Origin: an uncultured Armatimonadetes bacterium
Lineage (GTDB): Bacteria; Armatimonadota; UBA5829; DTJY01
Direction of reading: 5' to 3'
Assembly: GCA_963717145.1 (NCBI GenBank)
Contig: OY970325.1
Span: 4,192,001 to 4,256,000 of the forward strand
DNA length: 64,000 bases
Both the position numbers and the translations under genes were made by a program. Of the stretch, positions 52,667-61,254 are shown one piece after another (the stretch's first letter is position 1; each line of letters begins with the position of its first letter). Below the pieces are notes generated by a model. It made no database searches and was not told the DNA's origin. It saw only the letters and a list, made by a program, of their open reading frames with translations.

Positions 52667-55600
52667 CCTAGCGATCAAGCGACCTGTAGTCATATTGATG
52701 CTGTTCATGGCGCTCGCGGTTCTGGGCATCAAGTCCAGGTCCGAGATGCCGCTTGACCTGAACCCGAAGGTCGATCTGCCATATGTCGTCATCTCGACCG
52801 TTTACCCCGGCGCGGGCCCTGAAGAGATCGAGACACTCGTCTCCAAGCCGCTCGAGGATGCGATCGGATCGGTCAACGGCCTGAAGAACATCACGTCGAA
52901 TTCCCAGGAAGGCGTATCTATCGTCCAGTTGGAGTTCGAACTCGGGACGAACCTCGACGTGGCGATCTCAGACGTCCGAGGCAAAGTTGACGGCGCGCGG
53001 CGGGCTCTCCCTGATGATACCGACAGTCCTGTCATCCAGAAGATCGACGTCGGCGCGCAGCCGATCCTCTACATGGGCATATCGAGCAAGCGCCCTCCCC
53101 GCGAGCTGCGTGAACTCGTCGACGATGTCGTCAAGGACCGTCTGGGAAAGCTGAAGGGTGTGGCGTCGGTCAACGTTACCGGCGGCGAACAGCGTCAGAT
53201 CCAGGTCAACGTGGACAAGAACCGTCTGGAGGCTTACGGACTCTCGATCAGCCAGGTATCGCAGGCATTAACCGCGGGGAACCTCAACCTCCCGAGCGGA
53301 CGGATCAAGGAAGGCGGGCGGGAGTACGCCGTGCGGGCCGTCGGTGAATTCGCCAGCGTGGACGAGATCCGCAACCTCAAGATCAACGTTCCCGGAGTCG
53401 ACAAGGGGCCGAACCGCGTGCTGATGATCGGCGACATCGCCGAGGTCAAGGACAGCGTCGCCGAGCGCGAGGAGAACACGCGGCTCGAACGTCAGGACAG
53501 TGTGGGCATCACGGTCCAGAAGCAGTCGGACGCCAACACCGTCGATGTGGCCGATGCGGTCAAGAAGGAACTCGCCGGCATGGCGTCGATCCTCCCCGCC
53601 GACGTCAAGATCGCGATATCGATGGACCTGTCGAATAACGTAAGAGAGGCAATCGCTGACGTTAACACGAGTCTCTGGCTCGGGGCGCTCCTGGCGGTAC
53701 TGATCGTCTTCCTGTTCCTGCACAACCTCAGGGGTACATTCATCGTCGCGATCGCGATCCCGACATCCATCGTGGCGGCATTCATCCCGATCCGGTTCGC
53801 CGGCTTCACCATGAACACAATGGTCATGCTGGCGCTCTCACTGGCGGTCGGCATCCTTGTGGACGACTCGATCGTCGTATTGGAGAACATATACCGTCAC
53901 CTCCAGAAGGGAGAAGCGCCCGCCGAAGCAGCGCTCAACGGCCGGTCGGAGATCGGACTCGCGGCGATTACCATCACGATGGTCGATGTCGTCGTATTCC
54001 TGCCGATCGCGTTCATGGGCGGCATCGTCGGGCAGTTCTTCAAGCAGTTCGGCATCACCGTCGCGGCTGCGACCCTCTTCTCGCTCCTGGTGTCGTTCAC
54101 CCTGACGCCGATGCTCGCGTCCAGATGGTACCGCAAGCATGAGGATGTCGAGGCCAAGAAGGGCTTCTTCAAGAAGTTCGACGAGTTCTACCACATGCTC
54201 GATATCAGGTATCGCGGCGTGCTGTCCTGGGCGCTCCGTCACCGTTGGCAGGTGATCACGATGGGCTTTGTGCTGTTCATAGGAGTCATGATGACCGCGG
54301 GCCCGAAGCTCGGATTCGAGTTCTTCCCGCAGTCCGACCAGGGGCAGGTCGGCGTCACCGTCGAGATGCCCACCGGCACTTCCCTGGTGGCAACTGATGC
54401 CGTGGTCAGCCGCGTCGAGGACATCGTCGAGAAGATCCCCGAGGCGGAGCACGTCTTCACAAACGTCGGCTCGACTCACGGCGGCGGCATCATGAGCGGC
54501 GGCGCATCGGGCGCGAACTACGGCCAGATAACCGTCTCCCTCCATGAGAAGGAAAGCGTCATGGACCGTTTCCTTCGCCCGATCATGCGGGGCAAGCGCA
54601 AGAGAGTCCGTCTCGATACCGAGATCGCGGAAGAAGTCCGGGAGAAGGTGAAGAACATCGCTGGCGGACGCATCACGGTCACAGCGGTCTCCGGCATGGG
54701 AGGCGGCTGGTCACCCATCGATATCGAGCTTACCGGCGAGAACATGAATGAGATGAACGCCGTCGCGCAGAAGATCAAGGGCATCGTCGCCTCGACCGAG
54801 GGCACCTTGAACCCCGACGTGTCATGGAAGGTTGGAAAGCCTGAGATCCAGGCGACCGTCGATCGAGAACGCGCCGCCGAGCTGGGATTCACCGCGGGAC
54901 AGATCGCATCGGCTCTCCGCACGTCCATCGAAGGAAGCACCGACACTCACTACCGCGAGAACGGCAAGGAGTACGACATCCGGGTGCGCCTGAACGAGTT
55001 CGACCGCTATGACCTCTCGGATGTCGGGCGGGTGGTCGTTGGTGCGAACAACGGAATGCCGGTCTTCATGCAGGACGTTGCGAAGATCACGCCGGACACC
55101 GGCCCGACCAAGATCGAGCGTAAGAACAGGCAGAGGAAGGTGTCGGTCACGGCGGGAGTCCTGCCCGGGTATCCGCTCGGAAACGTGCAGAACGTGCTCA
55201 CGAAGAAGCTGGAGTCCGTTCCGATGGGCAACGTTCAGCTCCACTGGGGCGGGCAGGCGGAGATGATGAAGGAGAGCTTCGGGTACATGTTCGGCGCGAT
55301 GTTCCTTGCCATCCTGCTCGTCTACATGCTGATGGCGGCGCTCTTCGAGTCGCTGTTCAACCCGTTCATCATCATGTTCAGCCTACCGATGGCTCTCATC
55401 GGCGCGATCCTGGCACTCGTCATGACGGGCGAGACGATGAGCATCGTCGCGATGATCGGGTTCATCATGCTGATGGGCCTGGTCACCAAGAACGCGATCC
55501 TGCTGGTCGACTACACGAATACCCTCCGCGAGGAGGGAATGGACAGGCTGTCGGCGATCCTTCAGGCCGGACCGACGAGACTTCGTCCGATCCTGATGAC

Positions 55601-55847
55601 GACATTCGCGATGATCGGCGGCATGCTCCCTACCGCCTTGAAACTCGGACGTGGCTCGGAGACGCGCGCTCCGATGGCGATCGCGGTCATCGGCGGACTG
55701 ATCATCTCCACGATGCTGACGCTCATCGTGATTCCGACGTTGTATACCATCTTCGACGACGCGGTGACAAAGCTCCAGCGACGGAAGGACAGGCTTCTCG
55801 GCCGCTTCGCCGCTCCGTCCGAGCCGAGTGACTCACATGCGGACTAG
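52653..55847 (+). CDS. RND efflux permease (AcrB/AcrD/AcrF family)
   Basis: GILVDDSIVVLENI, KNAILLVD, RLRPILMT. Confidence 0.95.
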   Translation: MWLTNLAIKRPVVILMLFMALAVLGIKSRSEMPLDLNPKVDLPYVVISTVYPGAGPEEIETLVSKPLEDAIGSVNGLKNITSNSQEGVSIVQLEFELGTNLDVAISDVRGKVDGARRALPDDTDSPVIQKIDVGAQPILYMGISSKRPPRELRELVDDVVKDRLGKLKGVASVNVTGGEQRQIQVNVDKNRLEAYGLSISQVSQALTAGNLNLPSGRIKEGGREYAVRAVGEFASVDEIRNLKINVPGVDKGPNRVLMIGDIAEVKDSVAEREENTRLERQDSVGITVQKQSDANTVDVADAVKKELAGMASILPADVKIAISMDLSNNVREAIADVNTSLWLGALLAVLIVFLFLHNLRGTFIVAIAIPTSIVAAFIPIRFAGFTMNTMVMLALSLAVGILVDDSIVVLENIYRHLQKGEAPAEAALNGRSEIGLAAITITMVDVVVFLPIAFMGGIVGQFFKQFGITVAAATLFSLLVSFTLTPMLASRWYRKHEDVEAKKGFFKKFDEFYHMLDIRYRGVLSWALRHRWQVITMGFVLFIGVMMTAGPKLGFEFFPQSDQGQVGVTVEMPTGTSLVATDAVVSRVEDIVEKIPEAEHVFTNVGSTHGGGIMSGGASGANYGQITVSLHEKESVMDRFLRPIMRGKRKRVRLDTEIAEEVREKVKNIAGGRITVTAVSGMGGGWSPIDIELTGENMNEMNAVAQKIKGIVASTEGTLNPDVSWKVGKPEIQATVDRERAAELGFTAGQIASALRTSIEGSTDTHYRENGKEYDIRVRLNEFDRYDLSDVGRVVVGANNGMPVFMQDVAKITPDTGPTKIERKNRQRKVSVTAGVLPGYPLGNVQNVLTKKLESVPMGNVQLHWGGQAEMMKESFGYMFGAMFLAILLVYMLMAALFESLFNPFIIMFSLPMALIGAILALVMTGETMSIVAMIGFIMLMGLVTKNAILLVDYTNTLREEGMDRLSAILQAGPTRLRPILMTTFAMIGGMLPTALKLGRGSETRAPMAIAVIGGLIISTMLTLIVIPTLYTIFDDAVTKLQRRKDRLLGRFAAPSEPSDSHAD

Positions 55848-55892
55848 ATGAAAGCCGGGACGCGGAAAACGATGTTGGCGCGGGAAGACGAT

Positions 55893-55944
55893 GTTGGGGC
55901 GGGAGTGGAAGACGGTGTTGGGGCGGGAGTTGTACTCCCGCCCC
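55893..55944. repeat. GTTG-type REP (one partial and one full copy)
   Basis: GTTGGGGCGGGAGT ... GTTGGGGCGGGAGTTGTACTCCCGCCCC. Confidence 0.85.
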
Positions 55945-55973
55945 TTCTTGTTACATGCGAGTCCGAGGGTCCA

Positions 55974-57158
55974 TCACGCCGCGAGGGCGACGATCCTGCC
56001 TGCCGAGAGCCTCTCTGCGACTTCGGCGACCATGCGAGCGACGACGCTGTCGGGTTGCAGAAGCACGAAGGGTTCACCACGTTTCTGAGCCGCGAGAAGG
56101 GCGTCCTCAGGGATCGTCGGCACTACGCCTATGACATCGAGTCCGAGTTGGCGGCTGATCTCAGAGACCGCCATCCCGGAGACCTGCCCCGGCCGATTGA
56201 CGACCAGGGCACCGACGCGATCCGTCGCCACTCCCCATGAGGCGAGCAGTCCCGATGCGGCAAGTCCCGCCGCGATGCAGATCGGATCCCCGGCGGTCAC
56301 CAGGACTATGTAATCGCACCGCTTCGCAACCGCCTGATTGCATGTCGATGGATGGTTGCACATCTCCACCAACACGTGGCTTGCCATGCCCGCAATGATG
56401 CCCATCGTCGCCTCCACCTGCTCCGGCTCCAGGTCATGGTACTCATCAACCGCTTGTGGGCCGTAGACTATGCGCAGACCCGATGAGTGGTTGGTAAGCA
56501 GCGCTCCGATCTCCCTGACGCCGATCTTGTCGGCCGGGACATCGGAGAGGCGGCTCAGGTTCTGGGTCTTTGCTCCTCCGAGCTGCGCCGAGAACGTGCC
56601 GTAGTGCGAGCGCATCTCAGCCGCGATCACCGACTTCCCCTGCGAGGCCAGCGCCGCCGCCAGGTTGAGGACCGCAGTCGTGGTCCCTACTCCACCCTTT
56701 GCGCCCATGAAGCCGATCAGCCTGCCGTGTTCGGCCAGATGCACAGGTATACGAGTCTGCGCGTTCTGCCGCACGATCGAGTAGCGGATCGAACGGGAGA
56801 GAGTCGCTCCATCCACCTGACCTTTGATCAAGTAGTCCTGTGCGCCCGCTTCGACCGCTTTGACTGCAAGCGTCTCGTCATGCAGCCCAGTGAGCACCAC
56901 GATGGGTACATCCGGGGCCGACTCATGGACGGCTGAAAAGGTACTGAATCCTGCGCTGTCCGGCAGACTCAGGTCCAGCAGTATGACCTCGAACGATCCG
57001 TCCTCCAGCAGCTTCAGCGCGCCGGCGAGGCTCTCAGCGTCCGCGAACTCCAAGTCATTCGCCGGCTCATCCCTGAGCAACTCCTTGAGCAAGCGCGCGT
57101 CTGCGGGATTGTCCTCGACCAGCAGGATTCGCATCGGTGTGATATCCATTGTATTCAT
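55974..57158 (-). CDS. Response regulator receiver fused to CpaE/MinD-like ATPase
   Basis: LLVEDN, LDLSLPD, GAQDYLIK; deviant Walker A GAKGGVGTT. Confidence 0.85.
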   Translation of the reverse strand: MNTMDITPMRILLVEDNPADARLLKELLRDEPANDLEFADAESLAGALKLLEDGSFEVILLDLSLPDSAGFSTFSAVHESAPDVPIVVLTGLHDETLAVKAVEAGAQDYLIKGQVDGATLSRSIRYSIVRQNAQTRIPVHLAEHGRLIGFMGAKGGVGTTTAVLNLAAALASQGKSVIAAEMRSHYGTFSAQLGGAKTQNLSRLSDVPADKIGVREIGALLTNHSSGLRIVYGPQAVDEYHDLEPEQVEATMGIIAGMASHVLVEMCNHPSTCNQAVAKRCDYIVLVTAGDPICIAAGLAASGLLASWGVATDRVGALVVNRPGQVSGMAVSEISRQLGLDVIGVVPTIPEDALLAAQKRGEPFVLLQPDSVVARMVAEVAERLSAGRIVALAA

Positions 57159-57604
57159 CCTTCCGGCAGCCTGACGACACCCAGCCAGAAATCCGCCAGC
57201 AGCTTGGTTATCCCCGTGAACTCAATGAAGTCCAGGGGCTTGGTTATGAAACAATTCGCGCCCAGGTTATATGTCATGCGGATATCTTCCTCGGCCTGCG
57301 AACTGGTCAAAATGATGACCGGAATGCGTTTGAGGCTGGGGTCGGACTTGATCTCCGACAGCACCTGTCGTCCGTCCTTCCGTGGCAGGTTCAGGTCGAG
57401 CAGAATCAGACTCGGCCGCGGGGCGCTTTCATACTCCCCGGTCCTGTGCAGAAACATCATTGCCTCTTCGCCGTCTGTTACAACGCTGATCTCCTCCACG
57501 ATATCCGTTCCCCTGAAAGCTTCCTTCATGAGGCGCACATCAGCCCCATTGTCCTCCACCAACAGCAGTACCTTGATGCCATGATCGGTGTGCGTCCGGA
57601 GCAT
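57155..57604 (-). CDS. Single-domain response regulator (Rcp1-like)
   Basis: LLVEDN..D, ILLDLNLP, LTSS, GANCFITKP, DFW. Confidence 0.9.
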   Translation of the reverse strand: MLRTHTDHGIKVLLLVEDNGADVRLMKEAFRGTDIVEEISVVTDGEEAMMFLHRTGEYESAPRPSLILLDLNLPRKDGRQVLSEIKSDPSLKRIPVIILTSSQAEEDIRMTYNLGANCFITKPLDFIEFTGITKLLADFWLGVVRLPEG

Positions 57605-57738
57605 TGTTCACCCTCCGCGGAAATGAGCATATCATAGTCAGAGGCGAATTCATACAATCACCACATACCCAGAATTCAATGATATTATGGCTGCTTCGGT
57701 GTGGTTCTCGATTGCGGGCTGGATGGCGAGGCTTCGTC

Positions 57739-58437
57739 TCAGGACTTGACGAAGAGCTGGTTCAGAACGTCCACGACGCCGGGGGTGAAACGTGCGATCG
57801 CTTCCGCCTGCTCGACCTGGCGGAACGCTTCGACTGTTCCGGTGAGCGAGACAACGCCGTCCTTCACCTTGAGATCGATACCCTGATCCTTGATGAGCGT
57901 ATTTCGCCGGAACCGACTGGTGATATCCATAGCTATCTGAGCGTCGGTCCGCTCGATGGTAGGCTTCACGGTGATATTGTTGCGGACATCGACGACACCG
58001 GTGGTGAGTCCCGTCAGGAATCCCGCGACCTGCTTGGGGTAGCTGCTCGGGAGAGTGCCGGTCAGCGTGACCACGCGGTCGGTGACGGCCAGCTTGATCT
58101 TGTCGGCGGTATCCTTGCCCAGGTTGGTCTTCAGGTCATCGCCAACGGCCTGCAATATCTCCCTGTCCGTGCGCGCCTCGGGAGGCAGTACCTTGACCCC
58201 GTCAACGACCTCCTTCACGCCGACGGTCCGACGGGCCATGTCGGCGGCGGTGCGTTTCTGGGCGAGGGTCGGCACTGTTCCCGCCAGCTTGACGATGCCC
58301 TTCTCGACCGTCATGGTGACCGGGATACCCTTGATGCGCTTCTGTATGACATCCTTGATCTGCGCGTCGGGCGACTGCGCGCAGAGCGATCCGGCGACCA
58401 GCGCGATCAGGATGATGAGTGCGATTGAGCGGACCAT
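57739..58437 (-). CDS. Secreted triple BON-domain protein
   Basis: Signal peptide; three D..I...G.V.L.G...A...GV..V.N repeats. Confidence 0.88.
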   Translation of the reverse strand: MVRSIALIILIALVAGSLCAQSPDAQIKDVIQKRIKGIPVTMTVEKGIVKLAGTVPTLAQKRTAADMARRTVGVKEVVDGVKVLPPEARTDREILQAVGDDLKTNLGKDTADKIKLAVTDRVVTLTGTLPSSYPKQVAGFLTGLTTGVVDVRNNITVKPTIERTDAQIAMDITSRFRRNTLIKDQGIDLKVKDGVVSLTGTVEAFRQVEQAEAIARFTPGVVDVLNQLFVKS

Positions 58438-58494
58438 GAAACGCCTCCTGTCGAGTATGGTTTACCCGTCATGGAAGATAATGAAAAGTGCACC

Positions 58495-58590
58495 GTTCGG
58501 GAGGGAGTTGGACTCCCTCCCGCAAGACTACACCGGGAGTTGAACTCCCCCATCCAGGCCTGCGGGCGGGAGTCCAACTCCCTCCCGAAC
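58495..58590. repeat. GTT(C)-type REP inverted pair
   Basis: GTTCGGGAGGGAGTTGGACTCCCTCCCG ... CGGGCGGGAGTCCAACTCCCTCCCGAAC. Confidence 0.85.
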
Positions 58591-58624
58591 AGCGGTTCTC
58601 CCATTCCCCATCAACCATGAACCA

Positions 58625-59893
58625 TTAACCATCTCCCATCCCCCCCGCGATCCATCCGGTCGAGAACGCCGCCTGAAGGTTGAAGCCGCCCGTCGTGCCG
58701 TCGATGTCGATCACCTCGCCGCTGAAGAAGAGCCCCTTGACCAGCTTCGATTCCATCGTCTTGGGATCGATCTCCTTCGTGGAGACTCCGCCCGCGGTCA
58801 CGATCGCCTCCTCGGCCGGGCGCGCGCCGGTGATCGTGAACTTGTAGCCGAGCAGCATGTCGATGATCCGCTTGCGCTGGACGGCGGTGATCTTGTTGAG
58901 CGTGACATCGCCCGAGATGCGGCTGACCTCGGCGAAGACAGGGATCATCTTCCTGGGAAGCAATTCCGGCAGGTAGTTCATGTACTGGGTCGTGCGCGTA
59001 AAGTCGGCAAGGAGTCGAGCCTCGAGCTTTTCGCGGGTGAGGCCCGGCTTGAAGTCGATGCGGAGTTCGACGCTCGACTTGTCCTCGATCCTGGCGTAGA
59101 GCTTGCTGAGCGTCAGGATGATCGGCCCGGAGACGCCGGTGCTCGTGAAGAGCATCTCGCCCAACTCGCGGCCGACGCGCTTCCCGTTAGCATGGAGGGC
59201 CGCTTCCACGTTGCGAAGACTGAGCCCTTCCAGTCGCTCGACGTATCCCTCAGCGACATCGAGCGCCGAAAGCGACGGCACGGGCGGAATGATCGTGTGG
59301 CCGACCTCCGCCGCCATGCGGTATCCGTCGCCGGTCGAGCCGGTCGCGGGATAGGTGATCCCTCCCGTCGCCAGGATCACGGCATCGGCGCTCATCGTCC
59401 CGCCGAAGACATCGACGCCCTGGACGCGTGGGATTGCTGATCCGGATTCCGGATTCTGACTCCTGACTCCTGACTCCTGACTCCTTGCCAGTCCCTTCGC
59501 CGTCGTGCCCAGCCGTATATCCACCTTCAGCTCACGGAGCCAGCGTTCGAGCGCATCGGCGACATCGGACGCGCGGTCGGACTTCGGGAAGACTCGCCCT
59601 CCGCGTTCGACCTTCGTCGGGACGCCGAGTCGGTTGAGCAACTCGATCAGGTCGTTGTTGGAGAACCGGGAGAACGCGCCGTAGAGGAACTTGCCGGTCG
59701 GGCCGAATGCGGCGACGAACTCCTCGATAGCGGCGGTGTTGGTGAGGTTGCCGCGTCCCTTGCCGGTGATCCGGAGCTTCTTGCCGAGGACGCTGTTCCG
59801 CTCCAGCAGCACGACTTTCGCGCCGCACTCCGCCGCCCGCCCCGCCGCGAGCATCCCGCCCGCCCCACCACCGATGACGATTACTCTTGCCAC
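58625..59893 (-). CDS. HI0933/YhiN (BaiN-like) flavoprotein with in-frame repeat insertion
   Basis: IGGGAGG, ITGKGRGNLTN, GRVFP, GEMLFT..GVSGP, TGGFNLQAAFSTG. Confidence 0.93.
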   Translation of the reverse strand: MARVIVIGGGAGGMLAAGRAAECGAKVVLLERNSVLGKKLRITGKGRGNLTNTAAIEEFVAAFGPTGKFLYGAFSRFSNNDLIELLNRLGVPTKVERGGRVFPKSDRASDVADALERWLRELKVDIRLGTTAKGLARSQESGVRSQNPESGSAIPRVQGVDVFGGTMSADAVILATGGITYPATGSTGDGYRMAAEVGHTIIPPVPSLSALDVAEGYVERLEGLSLRNVEAALHANGKRVGRELGEMLFTSTGVSGPIILTLSKLYARIEDKSSVELRIDFKPGLTREKLEARLLADFTRTTQYMNYLPELLPRKMIPVFAEVSRISGDVTLNKITAVQRKRIIDMLLGYKFTITGARPAEEAIVTAGGVSTKEIDPKTMESKLVKGLFFSGEVIDIDGTTGGFNLQAAFSTGWIAGGMGDG

Positions 59894-59946
59894 TATTCAC
59901 CTCAAGTCAGGATAACCACAGAGACACGGAGGACACGGAGAAAGGC

Positions 59947-61188
59947 TCAGCGATTCACTCCGGCCACGATGTCGCCCTTGCTGTCAGCATGGACCCGGTG
60001 CTGATACCCAGGTCCCATTGGCTCGTTCGGAGCGGGAACCACAACGACGGTCAGATGTGACCTCGATCTCGCAGTGTTGGTGCGAGGCGCTGGCTTCGTG
60101 GATATTGGTGTGCCTCCGTCGTCCACTCCGTCAGGGCCGATGCTGTATAGCATGTACCTTTCGCCTTCGATCCGGTAACGCAAGGGAGCATCGCCGGCGA
60201 ACGGGTCGTTCGGGACGGCGCTGAGGTAGTCCGGCACCAGATAGCTCAGGTCGTCGGGATATGCGCCGTGATCGAGCCAGTACGCACGGAGGGTGAGAGC
60301 CACCGCCAGAAATGCCTTCTGCGTCGCGCCGTTGTCCACTGCAACCCTTGGCTCGGACCGCGCGTCGAAGCCCATGTAGTACGTGATCAGTTTGCCCCTG
60401 ACTTCGGGCTGCTGCTGAGCCTTCGAGAAGGGCATCCGCGCGAGCGTGACCTGTGAATCCACATAACGCTCGTGGTCCAGGAACAGTGCCTCCCTATTCC
60501 TCGGAAGAAGGCGCATCATCGCACCCATGAACGCGAGCCATCCTTGATCCGTCGTGTACACGCCCGCGACTATGTACTTCCACAGGGGATTGAGGCAGTA
60601 CTGCAGGAGTTGACGGTGCTCTACTCTTCGCTCGTCCTCAATGGTCTCGGCGAACGACCAGCTTCTACGGTACGAACTCTCCGCCCGACGTGCCAGAGTC
60701 CTGGCGCTCTCGGCATCCAGTCGGTCAATGATCTCACCAGATTGCGAGAGTCCGATGGCTTCCACCGCTCGTCCGACTAACGAGTCTATCACCAATCCTC
60801 CGCGGGGCAGGTCTGAACCGAGGTGGATGGCATCCAGCAGGCTGCTCATCGCTCCAGCCGGATCACCCTCGGCGGATCGGAGTTCGGATTCCATCCGGAG
60901 GAGTTGCGCCAACCGTCTGCATCCAAACTTGGCCGTGATCTCGGAGTCCGAAGGCATCAGATCCGGCGGGACAAGGAATCCGGATGGTACCAGGAACTCG
61001 TGCTCGAACCCGCCCCGAAGCATCCGAAGCGCCTCTGAGTTCCGTTCGACGATCGACCGCTTCTCATCTACTGTGTACTCATCGGCTTCCTCGTCATGGG
61101 GCCTGGGAAGCGGGTCATCGGTGAGCAACTCATGTGCGGCGCGGTAGAAGTCAAATGCATTCGGTGATGGAACTGGTCGGTTGTCCAT
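59947..61188 (-). CDS. Hypothetical helical protein with GspG-like C-terminal motif
   Basis: 413-aa ORF; YPDDLSYLVPDYLSAVPNDPF, YSIGPDGVDDGG. Confidence 0.65.
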   Translation of the reverse strand: MDNRPVPSPNAFDFYRAAHELLTDDPLPRPHDEEADEYTVDEKRSIVERNSEALRMLRGGFEHEFLVPSGFLVPPDLMPSDSEITAKFGCRRLAQLLRMESELRSAEGDPAGAMSSLLDAIHLGSDLPRGGLVIDSLVGRAVEAIGLSQSGEIIDRLDAESARTLARRAESSYRRSWSFAETIEDERRVEHRQLLQYCLNPLWKYIVAGVYTTDQGWLAFMGAMMRLLPRNREALFLDHERYVDSQVTLARMPFSKAQQQPEVRGKLITYYMGFDARSEPRVAVDNGATQKAFLAVALTLRAYWLDHGAYPDDLSYLVPDYLSAVPNDPFAGDAPLRYRIEGERYMLYSIGPDGVDDGGTPISTKPAPRTNTARSRSHLTVVVVPAPNEPMGPGYQHRVHADSKGDIVAGVNR

Positions 61189-61254
61189 TATGGTTGATTC
61201 CTCCGAAACCCCGAGTACGAGTACGAGTAGGATTCACGACGGCGAGTGAAAGCC

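Noticed and set aside
55848-56240. 130-aa ORF after the RND permease
   Set aside because: Made of REP translation plus antisense overlap with the CpaE-like gene
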